From Scyliorhinus canicula (taxonomy: Eukaryota): a stretch of DNA of 64,000 nt. Below the pieces are notes generated by a model. The model ran no database searches and had not been told where the DNA came from. It was given only the letters and a program-made list of their open reading frames with translations. Numbering within the stretch: the first letter of the stretch is position 1; each line of letters starts with the position of its first letter. Location of the stretch: NCBI RefSeq assembly GCF_902713615.1, contig NC_052159.1, positions 20,348,018 to 20,412,017 on the forward strand. The letters are read 5' to 3'. Shown here piece by piece: positions 39,576-47,564 of the stretch. The translations under genes were made by a program, and so were the position numbers.

Positions 39576-42500
39576 CGGTGTTCGGGCTCCCCCACTTGGG
39601 TCTGTGACACACTATGGGACTCATCAGGGAGGCCCGTAGTCACGGCAAAAGTCAAAGGGAAGCCCATAGAGTTACTGTGGGACACAGGAGGATCCCGCAC
39701 CACCATTAACTCCACAACCACGGCACACGCAGACACGTGGCCGACCACCTCCACCATCACACTTAGCGGGTTCACCGGACACTCGCAGCAGGGACATATC
39801 ACAGCACCCGTAGCGATCCAGCTAGGGAACATTTCCACAAGACACCCCGTAGTTTTAGTAAATCTTCCCCGGACAGCAGAGCACATCCTGGGGATAGATT
39901 TTATGAACGCTCATAGCTTGTCGTTCGACCCAGTGAACCAGTGTGTCTGGCGAATGGCAAGATCAGACAGAGCCCCAGCCACCCTCACAGTAGGAGACTA
40001 CGCTAATCGGATTAGCGCAGTGGGAGAGTACTCATTCGACCTGACTACGCTCCACACCGACAGACAAATTAAGGCCCTACTAAACAAACACAGGACAGCA
40101 TTTGCAAGTCACCGTCATGACTGTGGCAGAATGACTGGACAAGTTCATGTTACCGGACAGGACCCCCGACCGCAAAAGCAGTATAGATTTCCCCTCGAGG
40201 CAGAGGTGGAAATAGAAAAAGTTATAGGCAGCTTGTTGGACCAAGGTGTACTGAGAACGGTAGCCTCCACCAACAATGCCCCTATTTGGCCAGTGAGGAA
40301 GCCCGATGGATCATGGCGTCTGACCATCGATTATCGGGAACTCAACAAAGTAACCCCCGCAGTAGCCCCAACGGTAGCTACTAGTCCCGAGACCATGCTC
40401 AAGCAGGGTCTCAACGCCAAGTACTTCACGGTATTGGACATCAGTAATGGATTCTGGTCAATACCATTGGCAAAAGCGTGCCAATACAAATTCGCATTCA
40501 CTTTTAAAACACAGCAGTACACGTGGACATGCCTCCCACAAGGATTCCACAATTCACCCTCCATTTTCCACCGACAGCTGGCAAGTGGATTAGAGAAATT
40601 TTCCCGACCCGAATGTCTGGTACAGTATGTAGACGACCTACTACTGCAGACAGACACAAAGGCAGAGCACATTTCGCTTCTGGCCGAACTCCTGGAACTC
40701 TTAACTGAAATTGGCTGTAAAGTTAACCCGAAAAAGGCCCAAATATTGGAAAGTAAAGTGATGTATTTGGGAACAGTCATCACGCACGGCAAACGCGAGA
40801 TCGAATTCAAAAGAATTGATTCGATCGTCAAATTGCCCCTTCCCCAGAATGTATCAGCCCTCCGGTCGTTTTTAGGACTGGTTGGCTATTGTCGGAACCA
40901 CATCGACGGATTCGCGACAAAAGCCGCCCCACTTTCAGACCTCCTTAAGAAAGGAGCCCCCTGGGAATGGCTTCCGCAGCATACAGGCGCTGTGGAAGAG
41001 TTGAAACGAGCCCTTAGTGCAGCACCCGCGCTGCTAGTCCCCGACCCACTTTCCCCTTTCGCAATAGAGGTAGCGAGCACCGATCTGACCCTCTCGGCCG
41101 TGTTGCTTCAGGAACGGCACGAGCAGCTAAGACCAGTGGCTTATGCCTCCCGACTGTTAGACCCGGTAGAACAAGGATTTTCAGCCTGTGAGAGGCACCT
41201 CCTTGCTGTCTTCTGGGCAGTTCAGTATTTCTCATACATCACCGGACTCAACCCCATTACTATTCTGACCGAACACACACCCACACAGCTACTACTAGAC
41301 GGTCGACTGAAGGACGGTTCAGTTAGCCAGATTAGGGCAGCTAGGTGGACCCTACTTTTACAAGGACGGGACATTACAGTGAAACGGACACGCACACACA
41401 CATACTTAGCAGACAACCTCCAATACCCCGGACAGCCCCATGACTGTGAAATTGTAGCTCCCCTGCATAACACAGGACCCTTTTTAGCAAAAACACCCCC
41501 CAGGAAGATAGGGAACCCGAAACAAAGCCCCCAGCCCACAGACACGTGTGGACCCTTGAGGATTTATGTAGACGGTTCCTCCAGTTTTAAATGGTGAGCG
41601 TATCACAGGATGCGGCATCTATGTAGAGGACGCGCAGGGGCGCGCTCTCGAAGAGATAGCTCTTAAGTTACCAGGTCACTTAGGCGCGCAGGCAGCAGAG
41701 CTAGCAGCCATAGCGTACATAGTGGACCACCCCGATTCTTTCCCCAGCCCAGCAGACATATATTCAGACAGCTTATATGTCTGCAATAGCCTAACAGATT
41801 TTCTGCCCCTGTGGAGGACACGAGGTTTTGTCTCCGCAGACGGGAAACCCCTTCCATCAGCCCCTCTACTCCAGCATATTTTAGCAAAAGCGAAGGACAG
41901 GACCTTCGGCATTATAAAAGTAAGAAGCCACCATAGGTCATCACCCCCTGGGAATGTAAAAGCCGACGCATTGGCTAAGGCAGGTTCCAGGAGAGGACAC
42001 TTATGGACCCCCCCAGCTAGCGCACCAGCTAGCGCCCCTGTGAGCGCAGTCCAAGTCTCACAGACTGATATTAAAGATCTCGTGGCAGCACAGAAACAGG
42101 ACGGAGACCTCAGGGAGGTTTTCAAGGGAAACTTTGTGCCTGCGTACGAGCACTTTAAACACGCACTGACCACACATGAGGGTGTGATCATTAAGGACCA
42201 ACTTTATGTGGTCCCACAGCAGGACAGGAATCAGATGATTGCCTTGTTCCATGACGGCCACGGGCATCAGGGAATTGATGCAACAACGAGGCACCTCAGG
42301 CAACTCTGTTGGTGGCCTAATCTCAGGAATGATGTAACGCACTACATAGAGAATTGCCTGATTTGTGCTCAGAATAACCCGGAGCGGTATTCTAAGAAAG
42401 CACAACTTCGGCATACTCGCCCAGTTAACGGCCCTTGGACAAACCTCCAGATCGACTTTATAGGTCCATTGCCCCCTTGTAGGAATGGCTATAAATACGT

Positions 42501-43800
42501 TCTGGTGGTGATAGATACCTTTACCAAGTGGGTAGAGGCATTTCCCTCACGAACAAACACAGCTAAGACAGCTGCAAAGATCCTGACCCACCACATCTTC
42601 ACGAGATGGGGTTTACCCCGAAGTATCGATTCGGACCAGGGATCTCACTTTACAGGACGGGTCATGAGGAACGTCCTGACAATATTCGGAATCAAACAGA
42701 ACTTCCACATTGCGTATCATCCACAGTCCAGCGGGATTGTGGAGCGCATGAATCGGACCCTAAAAACTACCCTCAGGAAAATGGTTCAAGAGAACAATTC
42801 CACATGGGATTCAGTGCTCCCATTTGCACTTATGTTCATAAGGAACACTGTCTCCACATCGACAGGATACACACCACACACACTCATGACCGGACGCCCT
42901 ATGAAAGGTACAGAATTCCTTTTAGGACTGGACATGACAAGCCCCGAAGTGACGGCCCTCACACATGAAAAGGCAGTTAAAGATCTAGTTGAGACTGTGA
43001 GGTCTGCACAGCTCGCAGCCGCAGTCCAGCTAGGGAAACGCCGACAGCAACGGACTGCCTGTTTCAATAAGACCGTACACACCACAGAATTCCAGGTTGG
43101 GCAACAGGTAATGTTATCTGTTTATAACCCCAGCAGTTTTTTGGCTCCAAAATATTCCGGTCCCTACTCAATTTCGGACAAAATTAGCCCCTCCGTTTAC
43201 AGGATAAAGTATCCTAATGGGAAGACCGCGTGGTTCCATATAAACCAGTTAAAGGCATATGGAACACAGGCCAACCATGCTCACCATGTCCTGCTGGATG
43301 CAGCAGAACACTTCACCCCGCCCACCAGAGACACTTTTCCACCATCCCCCTCACAGACCAGTTCATCCACGGACTCGCCCACGACTCCGCCCACAGACCA
43401 CTACAGACCACGCCCCGACACGCCCACAAGCTGCCACAGCAGAGACAGTAGGACTGACACTGACTCTGAAGACAGCGACACCACACAGCCATACAGCCCA
43501 CACTGCACCAACTACGACCCCGACTCCAGTGACCCCATGGAAGTCACCTACCTCAAATATCCAGAACCACCACCCGACCCCGACTACCCCGACAACACAC
43601 TCGACGCTACACAATGGCACAGGGACAATTCCTACAGACTTGTCCGCAATGACGAGAGTGACCCCCGGTCACACAATTCCAAAATTGCATGCCTGATCCA
43701 CACAAGGGTGTGGGATCCGGGAGAGCAGGATGACACGGTGTCTGACTCCCGACACGGCAACCCCTTTGTGACCCTGTTCACAGAGGCAGAATCAAAGTGA
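39576..43800 (+). CDS. pol: Pro-Pol: protease, RT, RNase H-like tether, RNase H, integrase; in frame with gag via UGA readthrough; one frameshift near 41583
   Basis: Open from the gag stop; LWDTGG (39681) and HILGIDF protease motifs; LPQGF and YVDD (40626); degenerate RH (IEVAS, ERHLLAV, LTEH); second RH YVDGS...AQAAELAA...YSDS...GNVKADALA; HHCC, D-D(35)E and GPY integrase motifs. Confidence 0.93.
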
Positions 43801-44739
43801 GGTGTCCAGATGATGTAAGATAGGAATCGTTTGAGGGAAACGATGTCCTTTCTGATGGAACCTGCACGTATGTTTGTCTTCGTTTTATGTTTGTTTGTTC
43901 TCAGGTTTGTACATTGTTCAGCTGGAGGATGGACATCTTCTTTTCAGCTGAAAAGATTGTGACCACCTCACATGCACGTTAGTTTGTCCGCAGATACCTT
44001 TGAGAACTTCGGTTGGATTGGAGATCTTTTCCAAAGTTGTAAGGCCACACGCCAAATAGTTTATCTGCAGATATCTCTGAGAACTTCAGTGATGTCCTCA
44101 GTTGGAGCATCTTGGCTCCCTTGGTTTTTTAGGTGCCCCTCTATTCGGCGAAATAGAGGCTGCAAGTCATGGTAAACACATTCGTACCCGTTTTTTCCAG
44201 GTTACTCAGGCAGTGGACAAACGGCACTGAGGACCCGCCCTGTCTGAGAACCAACCCTTGGTCAGCCAAGCTCGGGTATGGCACAGCACGCCCTACCCGG
44301 GGATCCCATCCAACTCGTACCCGTAGCGGCCCATACGCAACTCATTCGGATGTTTATTTCCAAGTTTGTTTTCATTTTACGTTAGGTAGCCCTTCGGCCA
44401 CCATCCCACATGCTATTTACATCCGGGAACATTCGGATGGTAAATCAGCAAAGCCTGCGAGACGGCTCGCAGAAGGAAGGATTGTTAGGTGTATGCTGGT
44501 CTTTAAATTCGCTTTTTGAAAAAAAAAAAAATGAGGGGAGTCACAGGGGGTGACTTAGCCAGTCATTTTAAAGGGTCAATTGGGTTTTGAAAGACAGATG
44601 CACTAACAAGTAAAGGTCTTAAACTGTGTATTGACAGATACTGTGCTTGATCCCAAAGGTTTCAAAGGACGAGACAGAGGTCGAAGCCAGGATTGTCAAT
44701 ACCGGAGGAAGAAGGAAGAGAAAGAAGAAGAACAGCAAA

Positions 44740-45096
44740 ATGATGGAAGCCCACTTATTACTGTTCAATGTCATATGTATATGTGTGGAAACAAGACACG
44801 TTTCCCCCACAACCCCCACCGTAAATGTTTCCATTACAGCAAACCCCCAGTGCTCAGCTCTGATCAGCGAGGTTCAGACCTGGTGTACTAAATTCATGAC
44901 GTGGTACTCCATGTCCTACATAATCGAATCACTGTTGGTGATCGCGATCCTCATCATCCTAGTGCAGACCCTCAGGTTGAGGAAATGGAAGAGGAGAGCC
45001 TCTCGTTCCAGCACCTCACCCATCTATAGAGTGCAATCCCCCATCTTCGGATTCCACCAAACCCCTCAACCCCTCACTGATTACAACACTCTGTAA
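44740..45096 (+). CDS. Small type-I membrane protein in the env position (118 aa; FAST-like architecture, function unproven)
   Basis: AAAATGATGG start context; hydrophobic N-terminus, NVS sequon, C-SALISEVQTW-C loop, TM IIESLLVIAILIILVQTL, RLRKWKRR, terminal YNTL. Confidence 0.72.
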   Translation: MMEAHLLLFNVICICVETRHVSPTTPTVNVSITANPQCSALISEVQTWCTKFMTWYSMSYIIESLLVIAILIILVQTLRLRKWKRRASRSSTSPIYRVQSPIFGFHQTPQPLTDYNTL

Positions 45097-45417
45097 ATAA
45101 AATTCAGCCATGTATTATATTGTTCCATACTCGACTGCCGAGTTGGGAAGTGTGATGTTGTGGTGTGAATGGTTAAGATTTTAGAGTGATTAAATGTTTA
45201 AGTTAAGGTTAAGGTTAATAGTGATAGGTAGAGGTTCCCAATTGTAGTAATGCATGTCCCCTTTGACATAGGGCCAAGTAGAAATGTTAGTTAAAATTTT
45301 TTTTTCTCTTCTTCCCATAGTTTAGAACAGAGTAGAACAGGAACTGGCAAGAGGTCAGAACACAAGGAGGCAAAGTACATAGGTGATCCTTCACAATAGT
45401 ATGATTGTGAGGATCAC

Positions 45418-45427
45418 AAGGAGGGAA
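45418..45427 (+). other. Polypurine tract
   Basis: AAGGAGGGAA directly abutting the 3' LTR. Confidence 0.85.
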
Positions 45428-46376
45428 TGTAGCCATGCTGGCCACGCAAAATGGACACTGAGCCAAACTAAAATGGAAGGCTGCTGGGAAACAGACAGTT
45501 CAGCCAGAACAGCAGTCTGCAAAGAGCAGTTTGCATTCTGCAGCAGCAGAAACCAGTTTGGGCTCAGGTGAAAAGACCTTAGCTAGGTGCAAATGGCAAA
45601 ACGCTTTGCATGCTAATGAGGCCATCAGACTTGAACACCCACACAATAGATACATTTGGTTCTGAATGGACACATTCCAATCAAGACCCAGACATCGAGG
45701 CACCAGAAACCTCCGAACAAAAGGACATAAGAAACGCCCCCTCCATCACGGAGACCCCCTCGCATTGGGGAATTAATCCAGTATCGATAAGAAATTGATC
45801 CAATAGGTAGAGCCCGCCCGAGAAGAGGGAAGGACAACGGAACCCCTATAAAAGATAGGGACCTCGTGTTGTCCGGTCTGTTAAACCCGTGCTCCGGCTC
45901 CGACTGACACCTGGTATCCTGACTCCAGCCGTTGAGCACCAGCCGCCGAAACCGTAAGTTCAACGCTCGCTACGCGATCCAAGCCCACTAGACTCCCAAG
46001 TGCCAGAACGCTTGCTGAAGGCTGCAGACAAAACCAGGACGAAGGCCTCGTTCTCTGACCTTGCCTGTTCCTGTTAGATAAGTATTCTGTTTGCTTATGT
46101 TTAGTTGTAGCTTAGTCTCTTAGTGTGTGCATGAGTATTTATTATTAACTGTATAATAAATATTGATCGTTTGAACTTGACTAATCGGTGTATCGTCTTT
46201 ATTACTTTGAACTTGACCTTGGAATACTTGTGACGTTGCCTATACGGCAACTGGCGACTCCAGAGCTAAATAATTACATAGAACAGAGCCTAGCAGTGTT
46301 AAGCACACGTCGAACTCGGAGGCGTGTTAATACACTCCAATAAACGCGTTTTACGCCCATAGTAAAACGTGCAACA
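45428..46376 (+). repeat. 3' LTR (949 bp)
   Basis: Copy of 36560-37508; followed by TSD CTCC. Confidence 0.97.
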
Positions 46377-46581
46377 CTCCCCACAGATGCTACCTGACCT
46401 GTTGAGTATTTCCAGCATTTCATGTTCAAATTTCAGATTTTCAACATCAGCAGTATGTGTTTTGCCTTTTTATTAACTTTTATCAGCTCTTTTGTGGACA
46501 CTCCGTGGGATGTTCCCAAGCTGAGCATTACATCCAAGAGCTTTAAAAGTAGCTGTGTTTTCTCTACATCTTGTTTTTCAG

Positions 46582-46720
46582 GAAGCACATCTCCAACCAT
46601 GGTAACATGTCCCAGAAAATCAAGAGGAATGTGTCCACCATCCCATATGTGAATGAGACCATCAAAACTGGAATAATAAAGAAAAGTATAGATGGAGAAG
46701 AGAGTGTAAATGTCAAATGA
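46582..46720 (+). CDS. Candidate terminal exon of an unidentified plus-strand gene (KHISNHGNMSQKIKRNV...EESVNVK*)
   Basis: Acceptor ttgtttttcag, 45 open codons to TGA, ATTAAA at 46735; no upstream exons established. Confidence 0.3.
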
Positions 46721-47458
46721 AGGAAAATTTGGGCATTAAAAACATCATTTTACTTCATTTATTTTAAATCAGTACCTGGCTTGTTCATTTGGTCTACAAA
46801 TAGCTGGTTCAAAACTCACTACATTGTGTTACTAGATAATGATGTTTGAAACTTTCCTCTGATGTCTCAGGTGGTTAAGTGCACTGTGGGACTGAGCCAC
46901 ACAAACCGGCAAAGTTCCAGGTTAGATCCCTGAATTACTTGATCTCAGCAGAGTACCAAAAGGGGTGCTAAAGGTGATCTCCGGATTGTTGGGCTAGGAA
47001 GTGGCAGGAGGGAAAGCAACCAGGATCCCTGCTCCTGACTGCCATCCAGTGACACCTGTCAACAGACACACCAATAAACAATTTGCATTTATGTAGCACC
47101 TACAACATAGCAAAATGTCTCAAGGCGCTGGAGTGTGGCCACGCGCATGTGTGAGGGCAGAATCAAGCTCAGCTGACATGACCACCCAACCCCACATCTC
47201 CCCCTGTCAGCATAAACTGACAACATTCAAGAACTATACTCACTCGCAAAGAATGCATATTTGAGAAAGGTAACATAGAGGCACCTAACCCAGTACGAGC
47301 CAGCACATTCAGAAGAGGGAAGAAAAGAGCGATATTAAGTTAATTTTTTAAAAGTGCACGACTAACTATTGAATTTTTATCAGATTGATGTTCAGTGCAG
47401 TATTAAATATGTTACTTCTGTTCGCTAGGATCCTAAAGTGTGCTTGCGCACATGAGCA

Positions 47459-47564
47459 TCATCTCAGATTCATAGCAAGAGACATGGCCAAAGACATTTC
47501 TTCTGTAAGTTCTTCAGGAAGGCTAGACACAATTGTAGTGATACTGCGAGTAAGAGAGAGTATC
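47459..47564 (-). CDS. Host gene last coding exon (ILSLTRSITTIVSSLPEELTEEMSLAMSLAMNLR*)
   Basis: Acceptor tttttcttttag, phase-2 fit, TGA stop; candidate minus-strand AATAAA at 46758-46763. Confidence 0.85.

Larger units (their letters stand above)
36560..46376 (+). mobile_element. Full-length env-less endogenous retrovirus-like LTR element (dual RNase H; lokiretrovirus/retrovirus-like)
   Basis: Two 949-bp direct repeats TG...CA; 4-bp TSD CTCC at 36556-36559 and 46377-46380; PBS, gag, pro-pol, PPT in order; it splits a common repeat (aactctgtttctcc | ccacagatgctacctgacctg). Confidence 0.97.

Noticed and set aside
41584-41592. UUUAAAU slippery heptamer as a programmed -1 frameshift
   Set aside because: A +1 shift is required and the heptamer is phased the wrong way; the site interrupts a catalytic domain
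40331-42191. Antisense ORFs of 166 and 171 aa over pol
   Set aside because: Shadow ORFs opposite a long coding frame; no motifs and no independent expression signals
44647-44739. Basic N-terminal extension (GGRRKRKKK) of the sORF in the ORF track
   Set aside because: Depends on a TTG start; the purine tract is better explained as a splicing enhancer in the 5' UTR, and ATG 44740/44743 yields a proper signal-like N-terminus
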